A stretch of DNA of 48,816 bases from Myxococcota bacterium (GTDB lineage: Bacteria > Myxococcota_A > UBA9160 > UBA4427). The stretch spans positions 7,071-55,886 of the forward strand of contig JAPYQM010000012.1 of assembly GCA_029941235.1 (NCBI GenBank). Direction: 5' to 3'. The position numbers and the translations under genes are program-made. Below, piece after piece: positions 18,083-30,848 of the stretch; the first letter of the stretch is position 1, and each line of letters begins with the position of its first letter. The notes beneath the pieces were generated by a model. That model had not been told where the DNA came from. It worked only from the letters and a program-made list of their open reading frames with translations, and ran no database searches.

Positions 18083-20533
18083 TCAACCCACATCCACCAG
18101 GGCAAGGCGGTCGCCCCAATGCGCCTGTACTGCGCGCGCCAGACCCGGGTCGCCCGCCAAGCCGGGATCGGCGCGCACGGTGGCCAGGGCGGCTTCCCGC
18201 GCCACCGCGACCAGTCGAGAATCTCGAATCAAATCGGCGATTCTGAGGTTCGGTAGCTGACCGCTCTGGCGGGTTCCCATGAACTCACCCGGGCCGCGAA
18301 TTTTCAGGTCGGCGTCGGCGATCACGAATCCGTCCGTGGTATCAAGCATGGCGCGCAGGCGGGCTTCGCCTTTTTCGCCGCCCCCCCGAGCCACAAGAAG
18401 GCAGCGACCCGGCCGATCTCCCCGCCCGACCCTGCCCCGAAGCTGGTGGAGCTGGGCCAAACCAAAACGCTCGGCGTGCTCCACCACCATCAGGGTCGCA
18501 TTGGCGACGTCCACGCCCACTTCGATCACCGTGGTGGCCACGAGAATCTGAACCTCACCCGAGGTGAAACGATCCATCGCGTTCGATCGCTCCCGCGCAT
18601 CCAGGCGCCCGTGAACGATATCCACTTCCGCCCCTGGGAAGGCACGCCGGATGCGTTCGGTGGACTCCAGGGCCGAGCGGAGATCGACTTTCTCACTCTC
18701 TTCCACCAGGGGGTAGACAACATAGACCTGCTCGCCTCGAGCCAGGGTTTCCTCGATGATGCCGACGATTCGATTGCCTTCGCCTTCGCGCAGGAGATCG
18801 GTTTCGACCGGGGAGCGGCCCGGCGGGAGCGCGTCGATGACCGAGACATCGAGATCCCCATACACAGTGAGCGCGAGGGTCCGGGGGATGGGGGTCGCGG
18901 TCATCAACAGGCTGTGGGGACGCAAACCACCCGCGCCCTGTCGAGCGAGGGCAGCGCGTTGGCGAACGCCGAAACGATGCTGCTCGTCGATGATCGCTAA
19001 CCCCAAACGGCGAAAACCGACGTCCTGCTGAACCAGGGCGTGAGTGCCCACTACGAAGTCGATTTCCCCGGCCGCCAGAGCCGCCTTGATGCGCGCGCCT
19101 TCGGCGGCGGATCGCGACGCAGTGAGGAGAGCCATGCGCATGGATATTTTCGACCCCGATGCTTTCATCAATCCCGCCAGGGTCCGGGCGTGCTGCTCGG
19201 CAAGGAGTTCGGTGGGGGCCATCAGGGCCGACTGCTTTCCGCTGACTTGGGCGGCCACCGCTGCCAATAGCGCCACCACGGTCTTGCCGCTCCCCACATC
19301 CCCCTGAAGCAGGCGATGCATGGGGTGCGGGCGACCCAGATCCCCGGCGATCTCGGACCAGGCGCGACGCTGTGCGCCGGTCAGCGCAAAGGGCAGCGCT
19401 CGGATTGCGGCGTCGATCGCCCCATCGCCCGACTTCAACGCGATGCCGGGTTCCCGCCCACGGGCTTGACGGCGCAGGGCCAGCCCCACCTCGAGGAGAT
19501 AGAGTTCTTCGAGGATCAAGCGCTCGTGGGCCGCCGAAACCTGTTCCGAATACGAATCCACATCGGCCCCCGGATCCGGCCGGTGGACCTGACGAATCGC
19601 CTCGCTCGCCCACGGGAGCTCCCGCTCGACGACCACGTTCCCGGGCAGCCAGCCCACGAGCAGATCCGCGTGATCGGCCACCGCGCCCTGGATCAACCGA
19701 CGCAAGGTCCGCGGATTGACTTTCTCGGGTGCGGTATAGACAGGAACCACCTGGCGCACGTTCTCGGGTTCGGTCTCCGTTTCGTCCGGGGACGAAGCGT
19801 CGTCGAGGCGCTCGATCTCGGGATGCACGATCTGCTTGGAAAAGCGATAGCGCGCGATATCCCCGGTGATCAGCAAGCGGTCACCCTGATTAAGGTTCCG
19901 CTCAATGCTCTCGCCGCCACGAAACCATTTCAGATTGATGGTGCTGCTCTCGTCGCCCACCACCGCTTGAAGGGCCTGACGCATTCGTCCGCCCGCACGG
20001 GAGCCCACGAATTCCACGGCCAGCACCGAAGCGATGAAGGTCCCCCGATGCCCCACTTCGAGCTCGGAAATTCGCGAGAGCCTGCGGCGATCCTCGTAGC
20101 GCGAAGGCAGGTGAAAGAGCAGGTCGCCGACGCTCCCGATCCCGCGCTGGGCCAGGGACGCGGCGCGCTTGGCCCCCACGCCGGGCAGGGCCGAAGTCTT
20201 CCGCGCCAGCAGGGCGTCCATCCAGCCGGGCTCGCGCAGCGGAGCCAAGCGTGCCCAGATACTTCGTATAGATCGCAGACGGTCTTCGCCCTCCAGAGGC
20301 TGCTCGAGAAGCCGCTCCACTTCCCGGAACTCCTCGATCAAATCCCGAGGAAGGCTCAGGGCCTGGAGGGCCCGGCACGCGGAGACGGCGCTGGCTTCAA
20401 GGCCCTGGATGCGTTCCAGATTCGCACCACCCTCCCCCACCGCAAATTCCAACGGTCGCAGCAAGCCCGCGAGGCTCCCTTCGAGGGGACTCCGGGCCGG
20501 CTCCAGTGGTTTTGGGGGAAAGGGCTGCGCCAC
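18083..20533 (-). CDS. recG: ATP-dependent DNA helicase RecG
   Basis: 816 aa with a wedge domain plus SF2 helicase motifs (GDVGSGKT, DEQHRFG, TATPIPRT, QLHQLRGRVGRG). GTG start at 20533. Confidence 0.95.
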   Translation of the reverse strand: MAQPFPPKPLEPARSPLEGSLAGLLRPLEFAVGEGGANLERIQGLEASAVSACRALQALSLPRDLIEEFREVERLLEQPLEGEDRLRSIRSIWARLAPLREPGWMDALLARKTSALPGVGAKRAASLAQRGIGSVGDLLFHLPSRYEDRRRLSRISELEVGHRGTFIASVLAVEFVGSRAGGRMRQALQAVVGDESSTINLKWFRGGESIERNLNQGDRLLITGDIARYRFSKQIVHPEIERLDDASSPDETETEPENVRQVVPVYTAPEKVNPRTLRRLIQGAVADHADLLVGWLPGNVVVERELPWASEAIRQVHRPDPGADVDSYSEQVSAAHERLILEELYLLEVGLALRRQARGREPGIALKSGDGAIDAAIRALPFALTGAQRRAWSEIAGDLGRPHPMHRLLQGDVGSGKTVVALLAAVAAQVSGKQSALMAPTELLAEQHARTLAGLMKASGSKISMRMALLTASRSAAEGARIKAALAAGEIDFVVGTHALVQQDVGFRRLGLAIIDEQHRFGVRQRAALARQGAGGLRPHSLLMTATPIPRTLALTVYGDLDVSVIDALPPGRSPVETDLLREGEGNRIVGIIEETLARGEQVYVVYPLVEESEKVDLRSALESTERIRRAFPGAEVDIVHGRLDARERSNAMDRFTSGEVQILVATTVIEVGVDVANATLMVVEHAERFGLAQLHQLRGRVGRGDRPGRCLLVARGGGEKGEARLRAMLDTTDGFVIADADLKIRGPGEFMGTRQSGQLPNLRIADLIRDSRLVAVAREAALATVRADPGLAGDPGLARAVQAHWGDRLALVDVG

Positions 20534-20589
20534 GCGATCAAAGCTCCGAGGATTTTGGGGGCGTGCGGCGTGCGCACTCCGCCCCGAGT

Positions 20590-23500
20590 CTACATCCTCG
20601 CGTGAATCTCCTGCAGGGAGCGAACCCCAATGGTTTCGGCCCGGAGCGCCTGGATGGCCGACGCCGAGGCCCGGGCCGCAGCCAGGGTCGTGCAGTAGGG
20701 GATGCCCCGCTGCAGGGCCGCTCTCCGCATGGAAAACGAATCCTTCACCGCCCGCTCATCGGCGTCCACGGTGGTGATCACCAAGTCGACCTCGCCCCGC
20801 TCGATGAAGTCGACCGTATGGGGGGAGCTTTCGTAGGCCTTGTTGACCTTCTGCGCTTCGATCCCGTGGCGCTCAAGCGCCTCAGCGGTTCCGGCGGTGG
20901 CCAAAATCCGAAACCCGAGATCGACCAGAACACGGATCGCGTCCGCCACGGACTCCTGGTCTCCGGTGCGTGTGGAGACCAGGACGGTCCCCCGACTGGG
21001 CAGGCTGTTGCCCGCTTGAATTTGGGCCTTCGCAAAGGCGCGGCCGAAATCCGAATCGATCCCCATCACTTCGCCGGTACTCTTCATTTCCGGTCCCAGC
21101 AGAGTGTCCACCCCTGGGAACTTCATGAAGGGGAACACGGCCTCCTTCACCGAGAAGTGACTTGGAACGATCTCCTCGGTATACCCCAACTCGTCCAGGC
21201 TCTTGCCCACCATCACCAGGGCAGCCAGTTTGGCCAGGGGCCGCCCGATGGCCTTGGAAACAAACGGGACGGTCCGCGACGCCCGCGGATTGACTTCGAT
21301 GACAAAAACCTGGTCGTCCTTGATCGCGTACTGGACGTTCATCAGGCCCAGCACACCGAGAGCCAGCGCAAGTTCTCGGGTTGAGCGGACGATCTCGTCG
21401 ATCACCTCTTTGCCAAGGGAATACGGGGGCATCGAGCACGCACTGTCCCCCGAATGAACGCCGGCCTCCTCGATGTGTTCCATAATGCCACCCACCACGA
21501 CCTGCTTGCCGTCGCAGATCGCGTCCACGTCCACCTCGATGGCGTCGCTGAGAAAACGGTCCACTAAAACGGGATGCTCGGGAGAAGCGCGCACGGCGAA
21601 TCGCATGTAGTCCCGGAGCGCCACGACATCGCGGACGATCTGCATCGCCCGACCGCCGAGCACATAGGAAGGACGCACTAGCACCGGATATCCGATCTTC
21701 TCGGCGACGGCTTCGGCTTCGGGCGCGCTACGCGCCACCGCACCCTCGGGCCGCTTCAAACCCAGGGACTCCAGCAATTCATCAAAGCGCTCGCGATCTT
21801 CGGCACGATCGATGGCATCCGGGGAGGTTCCGATGATGGGTGCACCAGCCCGCTCCAAGGAAACGGCGAGTTTAAGCGGTGTCTGCCCACCAAATTGAAC
21901 GATGATGCCGTCGGGCTTTTCTACATCGACGATGGCCAGCACGTCCTCGAGGGTCAGAGGTTCGAAGTAGAGGCGATCGCTGGTGTCGTAGTCCGTGGAA
22001 ACAGTCTCGGGATTGCAATTGACCATAATGGTCTCAAAGCCAGCCTCGCGAAGCGCAAAAACGGCGTGCACACAACAATAATCAAACTCAATGCCCTGAC
22101 CGATTCGATTGGGCCCCCCCCCCAGGATCATGATTTTCTTGCGATCCGTAGGGCGCGCTTCGCATTCATCCTCGTAGGTCGAATAGAGATACGGGGTGTG
22201 CGCTTCGAACTCCGCCGCGCAGGTATCCACTCGCTTGTAGACGGGATTTACGCCCAGACGGTGACGCAGGGACCGGACTTCGTCTTCGTGGCTTTCCCAT
22301 AGCTCGGCCAGGCGTCGATCCGAAAAGCCCATCCGTTTAGCGGGCCGGAGCCAGGCTTCGCGTTGCTCGGCGTCCGCTGCGCGCAAATCCGCCTCGGCGC
22401 GAACAATTTCTTCGATTCGCCTCAGGAACCACGGATCAATCCACGAGAGCCGATGCACTTCCTCAACCGTCATCCCCTGGCGAAGGGCCTCGGCGAGCGC
22501 CCAGAGTCGACCTGGGCGCGGCACCTTCAATGCCTCAATGAGCCTGGCTTGCGGGTCGGGCCCCAGGTCCGGGCTCTCCAATCCCGCATGACCGATTTCC
22601 AACGAACGAATCGCCTTCTGAAGACTCTCTTTGAAGGTCCGACCGATAGCCATCACCTCGCCCACGCTCTTCATCTGGGTGGTCAGCATGCTGTCCGCAG
22701 TGGGGAATTTCTCAAAGGTGAAACGGGGCACCTTCGTGACCACGTAGTCGATACTCGGTTCGAAACTGGCCGGCGTTTCGCGGGTTATATCGTTCCGTAC
22801 CTCGTCGAGTGTAAAGCCCACGGCGAGTTTGGCGGCGATCTTCGCGATGGGAAAGCCCGTCGCCTTGGAGGCCAGGGCCGACGATCGCGAGACCCGAGGA
22901 TTCATTTCGATGACTACGATGGATCCGTCGGCTGGATCTACGCCAAACTGGACATTCGACCCCCCGGTATCCACACCGATTTCTCGCATGATGGCCACGG
23001 CGGCGTCACGCATCTCCTGGTATTCGCGGTCGGTGAGGGTCTGGGCCGGGGCTACGGTAATGGAATCGCCTGTATGAACCCCCATAGCATCGAAGTTCTC
23101 GATCGAGCAGATCACCACGACGTTGTCTGCCTTATCGCGCATGACCTCGAGTTCGTACTCTTTCCAGCCGAGAACGCTGCGCTCCACGAGACATTCCGTG
23201 GTGGGGGACTGGTCCAGGGCCCACTCCACCAAACCGTCGAAATCCCCGTCCTCGAAGGCAACGCTCCCCCCGGTTCCCCCCATGGTGAAACTCGGACGAA
23301 TAATGGCCGGCAAACCGGTTCTTTTGAGGATGCTTCGCGCCTCGGCCAGAGTCCGCGCGAGACCCGAAGACGGAACCGCCAGGCCGATGCGATCCATCGC
23401 GGCTCGGAACTGCTCCCGGTCCTCGGCCTTGTGGATTGACTCGATATTGGCGCCGATCAACCGCACCCCATACCGCGCCAGTACACCCGCTTCATCCAAA

Positions 23501-23802
23501 TCCACCGCCAGATTCAGCGCGGTCTGCCCGCCAATGGTGGGCAGCAAAGCATCGGGTTTTTCGGCCCGAATAATTTTCTCCACGGCGTCGACCGTCATGG
23601 GCTCGATGTAGGTTCGATCCGCCGTTTCCGGATCGGTCATGATTGTTGCCGGGTTGCTGTTGAGCAGAACCACCCGATAGCCCTCTTCTCGCAGGGCCTT
23701 GCATGCCTGGGTGCCCGAGTAATCGAACTCGCAGGCCTGACCGATCACGATCGGGCCCGATCCGATGACCAGAATGGTGTGGATATCGTCTATTCGCGGC
23801 AC
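20590..23802 (-). CDS. carB: Carbamoyl-phosphate synthase large subunit
   Basis: 1070 aa with duplicated ATP-grasp halves and an MGS-like C-terminal domain. Confidence 0.97.
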   Translation of the reverse strand: MPRIDDIHTILVIGSGPIVIGQACEFDYSGTQACKALREEGYRVVLLNSNPATIMTDPETADRTYIEPMTVDAVEKIIRAEKPDALLPTIGGQTALNLAVDLDEAGVLARYGVRLIGANIESIHKAEDREQFRAAMDRIGLAVPSSGLARTLAEARSILKRTGLPAIIRPSFTMGGTGGSVAFEDGDFDGLVEWALDQSPTTECLVERSVLGWKEYELEVMRDKADNVVVICSIENFDAMGVHTGDSITVAPAQTLTDREYQEMRDAAVAIMREIGVDTGGSNVQFGVDPADGSIVVIEMNPRVSRSSALASKATGFPIAKIAAKLAVGFTLDEVRNDITRETPASFEPSIDYVVTKVPRFTFEKFPTADSMLTTQMKSVGEVMAIGRTFKESLQKAIRSLEIGHAGLESPDLGPDPQARLIEALKVPRPGRLWALAEALRQGMTVEEVHRLSWIDPWFLRRIEEIVRAEADLRAADAEQREAWLRPAKRMGFSDRRLAELWESHEDEVRSLRHRLGVNPVYKRVDTCAAEFEAHTPYLYSTYEDECEARPTDRKKIMILGGGPNRIGQGIEFDYCCVHAVFALREAGFETIMVNCNPETVSTDYDTSDRLYFEPLTLEDVLAIVDVEKPDGIIVQFGGQTPLKLAVSLERAGAPIIGTSPDAIDRAEDRERFDELLESLGLKRPEGAVARSAPEAEAVAEKIGYPVLVRPSYVLGGRAMQIVRDVVALRDYMRFAVRASPEHPVLVDRFLSDAIEVDVDAICDGKQVVVGGIMEHIEEAGVHSGDSACSMPPYSLGKEVIDEIVRSTRELALALGVLGLMNVQYAIKDDQVFVIEVNPRASRTVPFVSKAIGRPLAKLAALVMVGKSLDELGYTEEIVPSHFSVKEAVFPFMKFPGVDTLLGPEMKSTGEVMGIDSDFGRAFAKAQIQAGNSLPSRGTVLVSTRTGDQESVADAIRVLVDLGFRILATAGTAEALERHGIEAQKVNKAYESSPHTVDFIERGEVDLVITTVDADERAVKDSFSMRRAALQRGIPYCTTLAAARASASAIQALRAETIGVRSLQEIHARM

Positions 23803-23826
23803 GGGGGTGGCTTCCTCTCTACTCGC

Positions 23827-25026
23827 CTAGGCGCTCTGGCCCTTCGCGATAATGGTTCCGGTCACATCTTCACCGGATACGTGTCGATCGACCATCTCGC
23901 GGAAACGCCTAAAAAAGTATGATGCATCATGGGGTCCGGGTGAGGCCTCGGGGTGGTACTGAACCGAAAAGAGCGGGCGTGTACTGTGAGCCAGCCCCTC
24001 GACTGTCCCGTCGTTGAGATTTACGTGGGTCACCTCCACGGGCTCGCCCGCGCGCTGCAGGGACTCGGCATCCACCGCGTAACCATGATTCTCGGCGCAG
24101 ATGGCGACCTTGCCCGTGGCGAGGTCCTGGCCCGGCTGGTTGCCCCCGTGGTGACCGAATTTGAGTTTGTGAGTCTCCCCGCCCAATGCCAGGCCAAGAA
24201 TCTGATGGCCCAAACAGATGCCGAAGAGGGGCTTTTCGTTGGCCAGGTCCCGAACAATCTCGCGCACGCCCACGACTGCTCCGGGATCGCCGGGGCCGTT
24301 GGAGAGAAAAATTCCGTCGGGCGCCATGGCGAGGGCCTCCGCGGCGGGGGTCGTCGCCGGAACCACGGTCACCTCGAAGCCCTGCTCGACGAGCAGGCGA
24401 AGAATGTTCCTTTTGATTCCGAAATCGTAAGCGACTAACCGCCGAGGGGTATCGGGGCGCTCGTGCCGAGGGACCTGGCCCGGCACCCCGCGCCAGCGGC
24501 CCTCCGTCCACACATAGGGCGCCGTGCAGGTCACTTCCGCGACAAGGTCGCGTCCGTCGAGCCCGGGCGCACTGCGGGCCTGGGCAACAAGAACTTCGGC
24601 ATCCTGTTGGTTGGGATCGGTACTCAGAACACCCACCTGCGCACCGGAATCGCGAATCCTGCGAACCAGAGCCCGGGTATCGATCCCCGCAATCCCCGGA
24701 ACGCCCGACTCGGACAGGAAATCGTCGAGACCACCCTGGGCTCGCCAGTTGCTCGGCTCGTCGAGAAATTCCCGGACGACGAAGCCCGAAAGGAAGGGCC
24801 GAGCAGATTCGTTGTCCTCGGGATTGACTCCGACGTTGCCGATTTGGGGATAGGTCATGGCCACGATCTGCCCCGCGTAGGAGGGATCGGTGATGATTTC
24901 CTGGTACCCCGTCATACTCGTGTTGAAGATAACCTCGCCCTCTCGAACACATTCGGCACCGAAGGCCTGACCTCGATAAACGGTCCCATCCGCCAAGGCA
25001 AGGGTGGCTGGCCGCAATTTCCCCAT
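23827..25026 (-). CDS. carA: Carbamoyl-phosphate synthase small (glutaminase) subunit
   Basis: The GICLGHQ catalytic Cys motif is present. I chose ATG at 25026 ([19 protein letters not shown]). An alternative is GTG at 25074, which overlaps the pyrC stop as GTGA. Confidence 0.92.
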   Translation of the reverse strand: MGKLRPATLALADGTVYRGQAFGAECVREGEVIFNTSMTGYQEIITDPSYAGQIVAMTYPQIGNVGVNPEDNESARPFLSGFVVREFLDEPSNWRAQGGLDDFLSESGVPGIAGIDTRALVRRIRDSGAQVGVLSTDPNQQDAEVLVAQARSAPGLDGRDLVAEVTCTAPYVWTEGRWRGVPGQVPRHERPDTPRRLVAYDFGIKRNILRLLVEQGFEVTVVPATTPAAEALAMAPDGIFLSNGPGDPGAVVGVREIVRDLANEKPLFGICLGHQILGLALGGETHKLKFGHHGGNQPGQDLATGKVAICAENHGYAVDAESLQRAGEPVEVTHVNLNDGTVEGLAHSTRPLFSVQYHPEASPGPHDASYFFRRFREMVDRHVSGEDVTGTIIAKGQSA

Positions 25027-25070
25027 ACCGCCGGTCCCAAGAACCGGGGTGGACGTCGAAAACTCCGATT

Positions 25071-26366
25071 TCACTGGATCAGAACCCCTCTCCCCGCCTG
25101 ATAGACCAGGCGCCCACCCACGAAGGTCGCGAAAACCTGCCCGGTCAGTTCGGCACCCGCCCAGGGCGAGTTTCGGCTCTTGGAGAATCCTTCCGTCGGA
25201 TCGTAGACCCACGCCTGATCGGGGTCGAGAATGACCACATCCGCCAAGCTGCCCGTGGTCAGGCTTCCACCCGCAAGATCGAAAATGCGCGCCGGCGCGG
25301 TGGACATTCGCCGCATCAGTTCAAGGGGTGAAATTTCGCCCGCCCGAACCAGATCGTTGACGACCCCGAAAGCGGTTTCCAGACCGAGGACGCCGCACGG
25401 GGCCGCGGTGAACTCCACATCTTTTTCATGGGTCGCATGGGGGGCGTGGTCGGTCGCCACACAGTCGATGATTCCGTCCGCGAGAGCCCTCCGAAGCGCC
25501 TCAACGTCACTTCCTGTTCGCAGGGGCGGCGCCATCTTGGTGCTCGTGTCGAAGCCCTTGGTGGCCTCGTCAGTCAGCGCTAGATGGTGGGGAGTCACTT
25601 CGGCGGTGACGGACAACCCCGCTTCCTTGGCCTCACGAATCAACTCCACCGAGCCCCCGGACGAAACGTGACCCACGTGGAGACGCGCGCCGGTTAGCCG
25701 GGCCAGACGGATATCCCGGGCGATATGAATTTCCTCGGCCTCCACGGGGTTTCCCGGCAGGCCAAGCTGCGTCGAGACCCGGCCCTCATTCACCACCCCG
25801 TTCGCCCGAAGCCCGCAGTCCTCGGCATGGATCACCACGACGGCATCGACCAACTTTGAGTACTCAAGCACGTTGCGCATCACCCAGGCGTCCATGATGG
25901 TATTGCCGTCGTCGCTGAACGCGACCGCCCCGGCGTCCTTGAGGGCCGACATTTCCGTCATCACCTCGCCAGCGAGTCGGCGGGTCGCGGCAGCGATGGG
26001 AAAAATGCGAGCCGGGGAGTCCTTCGCAGCACGGTCGAGAATGTATTTCGTGACCGCGGGGTCGTCATTCACGGGTTCGGTGTTCGCCATGCAGCAGATC
26101 GAGGTAAAACCGCCAGCCACAGCGGCACGCCCCCCTGAGGCGAGATCTTCCTTGTACTCTTGCCCGGGCTCGCGCAGGTGCACATGCAGGTCGACGAAGC
26201 CCGGCGCCACCCATTTTCCATCGGCCTCCATCACTTCGGCGTTCTCGACGCGAAGGCTGGGGCCCACTTCGACAACCCTTCCTTCTTCGATCAATAGATC
26301 CGAAACCCCGTCGTGATCTATGGAGGGGTCGAGCAATCGCCCTCCCCGAATCAGCACTCTGGACAA
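25071..26366 (-). CDS. pyrC: Dihydroorotase
   Basis: 431 aa with [11 protein letters not shown] and ATDHAPH metal-binding motifs. Confidence 0.95.
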   Translation of the reverse strand: MSRVLIRGGRLLDPSIDHDGVSDLLIEEGRVVEVGPSLRVENAEVMEADGKWVAPGFVDLHVHLREPGQEYKEDLASGGRAAVAGGFTSICCMANTEPVNDDPAVTKYILDRAAKDSPARIFPIAAATRRLAGEVMTEMSALKDAGAVAFSDDGNTIMDAWVMRNVLEYSKLVDAVVVIHAEDCGLRANGVVNEGRVSTQLGLPGNPVEAEEIHIARDIRLARLTGARLHVGHVSSGGSVELIREAKEAGLSVTAEVTPHHLALTDEATKGFDTSTKMAPPLRTGSDVEALRRALADGIIDCVATDHAPHATHEKDVEFTAAPCGVLGLETAFGVVNDLVRAGEISPLELMRRMSTAPARIFDLAGGSLTTGSLADVVILDPDQAWVYDPTEGFSKSRNSPWAGAELTGQVFATFVGGRLVYQAGRGVLIQ

Positions 26367-26370
26367 AAAT

Positions 26371-27303
26371 CTACTCCCGGTCTTGCGGGAACGCGCGTCC
26401 CGCGATGAGGTAAAGCAGCGCCATCCGCAAAGCGACGCCGTTTCGCACTTGGTCGAGGATCACGCTGGGGCGGTGATCGGCAAGGTCATGGGAAAGTTCA
26501 ACACCTCGATTCACCGGCCCCGGGTGCATCACAATGGCATCGGGGCGAGCAAAGCGTAGTTTTGCTCGATCCAGCCCGAATGTGGAAGAATATTCGCGAA
26601 CACTCGGAAAAATCCCTCCGCCCAGGCGTTCATTCTGAATGCGAAGAGCCATCACAACGTCGACCCCATCGAGAACTTCGCGAAGCGAGGTATACGCCTT
26701 GACCCCGAGACAATCGACATGCGGCGGGAGCATGGTGGGCGGACCCGCCACCCGGACCTCGGCACCCAATTTCGTGAATCCGTAGATATTGGAACGCGCC
26801 ACCCGGGAATGCGCGATATCTCCGATAATCGCGACGCTGAGCCCTTCGATCCGGCCCTTCGCTTGAAAAACGGTCAGCATATCGAGGAGCGCCTGGGTGG
26901 GATGTTCGTGGGCCCCATCCCCGGCGTTGATGACCGGCGCGTCGAGCACGTCGGCAATGCGCTGAGGGACACCAGCGACCTTGTGGCGCACGACAACGAC
27001 ATCGGGGTCCATGGCGTCCAGAGTCTTCGCAGTGTCGAGCAAACTCTCCGCCTTAGTCAGACTGGAAGAGGAGGACGAGAAGTTGACAACATCGGCGGCC
27101 AGGCGTTTCCCAGCGATCTCAAAACTCGTCTGGGTTCGGGTAGAAGGTTCAAAGAACAGGTTGACCACAGTTCGGCCACGAAGGGCCGGAACCTTCTTCA
27201 CGTCCCGAGTCCCGATCTCCTGCATATGCTCTGCGGTCTCGAGGATCAGTTCGATTTGATCGCGCTCGATATGCTCGATTCCCAGAAGGTCCTGACCGAT
27301 CAT
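26371..27303 (-). CDS. pyrB: Aspartate carbamoyltransferase catalytic subunit
   Basis: 310 aa with the STRTQTSFE and HPTQ motifs. Its ATG overlaps the pyrR stop (ATGA). Confidence 0.95.
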   Translation of the reverse strand: MIGQDLLGIEHIERDQIELILETAEHMQEIGTRDVKKVPALRGRTVVNLFFEPSTRTQTSFEIAGKRLAADVVNFSSSSSSLTKAESLLDTAKTLDAMDPDVVVVRHKVAGVPQRIADVLDAPVINAGDGAHEHPTQALLDMLTVFQAKGRIEGLSVAIIGDIAHSRVARSNIYGFTKLGAEVRVAGPPTMLPPHVDCLGVKAYTSLREVLDGVDVVMALRIQNERLGGGIFPSVREYSSTFGLDRAKLRFARPDAIVMHPGPVNRGVELSHDLADHRPSVILDQVRNGVALRMALLYLIAGRAFPQDRE

Positions 27304-28037
27304 GAGGATTCTCCGGCTTTGTTTTCAGAGCGAGGGTGATCGGCCACTCTATCCATCGAATGGACAGCGACTTCCAGTACGTCTTCCTCGGATTCACCGG
27401 CCGGTTTGGCCCGAAATACGACCGATTCACCCGGCTGAGTGGGAATATTCTTGCCCACATAGTCGATCTTGATGGGCAATTCCCGATGCCCCCGATCCAC
27501 CAAGGCCATCACCTTGACCGACCGCGGCCGACCGAAATCCATCAGCGCATCCATGGCCGCCCGAATCGTCCGCCCGGTACTCACCACGTCCTCAACCAGA
27601 ATCACTACGCCCTCGTCCACCGAGGAGGGCATTTCGGTGATCCTGAGTCGCGGACGGATGCCCCGGATGGCCAAATCGTCCCGATATAGCGTGGTATCCA
27701 TGATTCCCAATTTAGGCCTGCATCCGGCAAGGGCCTCGAGGTTGACAGCGAGACGCCTCGCCAGGGGTACCCCTCCATTCGGGATGGCCACCAGGTAGAG
27801 GGGGTCGAGGTCGGCGTTGGACTCGACGATCTCGTGCGCGATTCGCATCAGCGCTCGGCGAATGCGGGTATCATCCAGAACGATTCGCTCGCTCGACTCG
27901 TCCCAGCCGGGGGCGGTTGCGATCGCTTCAGGCCCCTTGGCGAGGCCCGTCTTCGGGGCCAAATTGCCGGTGAAAGCGCCTGCTGCGCTTTCTCGGGTGG
28001 GCTTGGGATTGGGAGTCGGGGGTCTGGAATTCGCCAA
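27300..28037 (-). CDS. pyrR: Bifunctional pyr operon regulator / uracil phosphoribosyltransferase PyrR
   Basis: The core is [12 protein letters not shown]...[17 protein letters not shown]...[18 protein letters not shown]. There is no ATG before the conserved core. I chose TTG at 28037, 7 nt after the AAAGG that forms part of the PyrR-binding hairpin. An alternative is TTG at 27962. The track start at 28280 overlaps lepB and reads through the leader RNA. Confidence 0.85.
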   Translation of the reverse strand: MANSRPPTPNPKPTRESAAGAFTGNLAPKTGLAKGPEAIATAPGWDESSERIVLDDTRIRRALMRIAHEIVESNADLDPLYLVAIPNGGVPLARRLAVNLEALAGCRPKLGIMDTTLYRDDLAIRGIRPRLRITEMPSSVDEGVVILVEDVVSTGRTIRAAMDALMDFGRPRSVKVMALVDRGHRELPIKIDYVGKNIPTQPGESVVFRAKPAGESEEDVLEVAVHSMDRVADHPRSENKAGESS

Positions 28038-28044
28038 CGCTGCG

Positions 28045-28079
28045 CCTTTGACCGTCTCTCGGGACGGGCTTAAAAGGGG
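28045..28079 (-). promoter_or_regulatory. PyrR-binding RNA hairpin sequestering the pyrR Shine-Dalgarno
   Basis: The minus strand reads CCCCUUUUAAGCCCGUCCCGAGAGACGGUCAAAGG. This matches the known PyrR binding-loop pattern CCUUUAA..GUCCAGAGAGGCUG..AAGG. The lower stem CCUUU/AAAGG contains the SD. Confidence 0.7.
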
Positions 28080-28170
28080 CTCATCAAGTGGCCGGAGTCT
28101 AACGGCTACCGCGCCGCCGTCAATCGGGTTGGCCGGGGCCAATTCAGAGGACTCTGGGGAGCTCTCGGAC

Positions 28171-29043
28171 TCAGGGCGAACCCAGCTCCTCGATCGTCCG
28201 GCAACGCACGCGGTTGAAAACCCGATCCCAGCGCTTGTCAGCTCGCCACCAGTTGGCTGGATTAAAGAACTGCAGGGCATTGCCGTTGACGTCCCACGAC
28301 CAGTAAAGGAAGAAGGCGGGCCCCTTCATCTCTTCCTTCCGAATTGTCCCCCAATTGCGGCTGTCGTTCGAATGATCACGATTGTCGCCCATCATGAAAT
28401 AACGCCCTTCGGGCACGACATATTCGCGATTGCGTCCGAATGGGCTGCTCAGTACTGGATCGTCGAGCACCTCGTGCACACAGTCCACCAGAACTTCTTC
28501 CCGAATCGCCAACGCGGTCCCTCGATTGTCCTCAAAAACCTTGCCCGTGGCGATCTGCTCAGCCGGGATTCCATTGATGCTAACGAGTCCGTTCTGGATA
28601 TAGATCCGATCCCCCGGCAAGCCGACCAAACGCTTTACAAAGTCATCCTGGGGCAGATTCGGATAGAAATCAGCCGGAACGATGTCGGTACGCAGACCCT
28701 CTTCACTGCCGTTATTTCTGGCTACTTCGAAAACGACTACGTCTCCCCGTTCAGGTTCTCGAAATCCCGGTAGGCGAATTTCCGTAAACGGGATACGCGG
28801 TCCGTATGTGAGCTTGTTTACGAAGAGGTGGTCCCCGATGAGGAGTGTGGGGAACATGGAGCCCGACGGAATCCGGAACGGCTCCACGAGAAATGCGCGG
28901 ATCGCCAAAGCGATCAGGATGGCGACGATCAACGTGCTGACCTGTTCCCAGATCGCTGACCATCGACTCTTCCCAATGGGGGCGTCTGCTGCCTCGGCTT
29001 CGTCCGCTTGAGGGCCGGACTGAGGGTCCCTGACCGAATTCAT
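28171..29043 (-). CDS. lepB: Signal peptidase I
   Basis: 290 aa with an N-terminal TM segment, SGSMFPTL (catalytic Ser), KRLVGLPGD (catalytic Lys) and [11 protein letters not shown]. Confidence 0.93.
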   Translation of the reverse strand: MNSVRDPQSGPQADEAEAADAPIGKSRWSAIWEQVSTLIVAILIALAIRAFLVEPFRIPSGSMFPTLLIGDHLFVNKLTYGPRIPFTEIRLPGFREPERGDVVVFEVARNNGSEEGLRTDIVPADFYPNLPQDDFVKRLVGLPGDRIYIQNGLVSINGIPAEQIATGKVFEDNRGTALAIREEVLVDCVHEVLDDPVLSSPFGRNREYVVPEGRYFMMGDNRDHSNDSRNWGTIRKEEMKGPAFFLYWSWDVNGNALQFFNPANWWRADKRWDRVFNRVRCRTIEELGSP

Positions 29044-30848
29044 TCGTCTCCAAGCTTCAAAGCAGCGAGGAAGGCCTCCTGGGGAATTTCCACCGATCCA
29101 ACCATCTTCATCCTTTTTTTGCCCGCCTTCTGCTTTTCGAGCAGCTTTCGCTTACGCGAAATATCGCCACCATAACACTTTGCCAAAACATTCTTGCGTA
29201 GGGCGCGAACCGTTGTTCGCGCGATCACCCGGGTTCCAACCGCAGCCTGAATGGCTACGGGGAACTGCTGGCGGGGAATAAACTCTTTCAGCTTTCGCGC
29301 CAATTCGGATCCCCGTGCATGTGCCGCATCCCGGTGAACGATGAGCGAGAGCGCGTCGACGGGATCACCATTCACCAGCACATCCAATTTGGCCAAATCC
29401 GCAGGCGCGAAGCCCACAAGTTCGTAGTCGAATGAGCCGTAGCCCCGTGTCGCACTCTTGAGCTTGTCGTGAAAGTCCGTGACCACCTCTGCCAGGGGGA
29501 GTTCGTAGCGAATCTGTACACGAGACCCGTGGACCTGCATGTCCTTCTGTGTTCCCCTTCGGTCCTGACAAAGGCCAATCACTGCGCCGAGATAAGTCGA
29601 GGGAACGTGAATATTGGCATGGATCACCGGCTCCTCGATCCGGTTGATCTCTGTGGAATCGGGCAATGACGCCGGGCTCTCAATTTCGAAACTCTCTCCG
29701 CTTTTCGGAACGACCCTGTAGCGCACGGTGGGCGCCGTAGTGATGAGATTCAGACTGTACTCGCGTTCAAGTCGCTCCTGAATGATCTCGCCGTGGAGAA
29801 ACCCGAGAAAGCCGCACCGAAAGCCAAACCCCAGAGCCGCGCTGGTTTCGGGTTCATAGCCGAAGGAAGCGTCGTTGAGGCGAAGCTTTTCAAGCGCTGC
29901 TTTGAGATCTTCGTAGTCCTCGGCGTCGACGGGATAGAGCCCAGCAAAGACCATGGACTTGACTTCGCGGAACCCTTCAAGGGCTTCATCGGCTGGATTC
30001 GACCGCAGGGTGATGGTGTCGCCGATGCGCACATCGGAGAGTGTCTTGATGCCCGCAACCACCATCCCGACCTCGCCCACACCGAGTTCGTCGACCTTCC
30101 GAGGGGAGGGATCGATGACCGAAAGTTGGGTGATCGTGTGTTCGCCGCCGGAGATCATCATCTTGGTCGAATCTCGGCGATTTAGCTTTCCGTCCATCAC
30201 CCGGACCAACATGACCACCCCCACATAGGGGTCGAACCAGGAATCGAAAATCAACGCCCGAGTGGGTGCATCGGATTCACCCACCGGAGGCGGAACGCGA
30301 TCCACCACCGCCTGGAGAAGCAACTCGATGCCTGTGCCCTGCTTCGCAGAAACGAAGAGAACGTCGGTGGCGTCCAGACCCACCACGTCCTCTATTTCCT
30401 GGGCAACCGCGTCGGGGTCCGCCGAGGGCAGATCGATTTTATTCACCACTGGAATCAGTTCGAGGTCGGCGTCCACTGCGAGATAAGCGTTGGCCAAGGT
30501 CTGAGCCTCAATTCCCTGAGCGGCATCCACCACCAAAATCGCGCCCTCGCAGGCGGCCAGCGCGCGCGAGACCTCATAGGAAAAATCCACGTGGCCCGGC
30601 GTATCGATCAGGTTGAGCAGGTAATCCTCGCCATCGGCGGCACGAAACTGCAATCGCACGGTCTGGGCCTTGATCGTGATCCCGCGCTCGCGCTCAAGTT
30701 CCATATTGTCCAGAAACTGATCCTGCTGGTCGCGTTCGGAAAGAGTGCCCGTCGCCTCGAGCAACCGATCGGCGATCGTGCTCTTGCCGTGGTCGATGTG
30801 GGCCACAATGCAGAAATTCCGAATGCGCTCGACAGGTATTCTGCTCAC
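29040..30848 (-). CDS. lepA: Translation elongation factor 4 (LepA)
   Basis: 602 aa with AHIDHGKST and DTPGHVDF GTPase motifs and the LepA C-terminal domain. Its GTG start overlaps the rmlD TGA (GTGA). Confidence 0.97.
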   Translation of the reverse strand: MSRIPVERIRNFCIVAHIDHGKSTIADRLLEATGTLSERDQQDQFLDNMELERERGITIKAQTVRLQFRAADGEDYLLNLIDTPGHVDFSYEVSRALAACEGAILVVDAAQGIEAQTLANAYLAVDADLELIPVVNKIDLPSADPDAVAQEIEDVVGLDATDVLFVSAKQGTGIELLLQAVVDRVPPPVGESDAPTRALIFDSWFDPYVGVVMLVRVMDGKLNRRDSTKMMISGGEHTITQLSVIDPSPRKVDELGVGEVGMVVAGIKTLSDVRIGDTITLRSNPADEALEGFREVKSMVFAGLYPVDAEDYEDLKAALEKLRLNDASFGYEPETSAALGFGFRCGFLGFLHGEIIQERLEREYSLNLITTAPTVRYRVVPKSGESFEIESPASLPDSTEINRIEEPVIHANIHVPSTYLGAVIGLCQDRRGTQKDMQVHGSRVQIRYELPLAEVVTDFHDKLKSATRGYGSFDYELVGFAPADLAKLDVLVNGDPVDALSLIVHRDAAHARGSELARKLKEFIPRQQFPVAIQAAVGTRVIARTTVRALRKNVLAKCYGGDISRKRKLLEKQKAGKKRMKMVGSVEIPQEAFLAALKLGDE

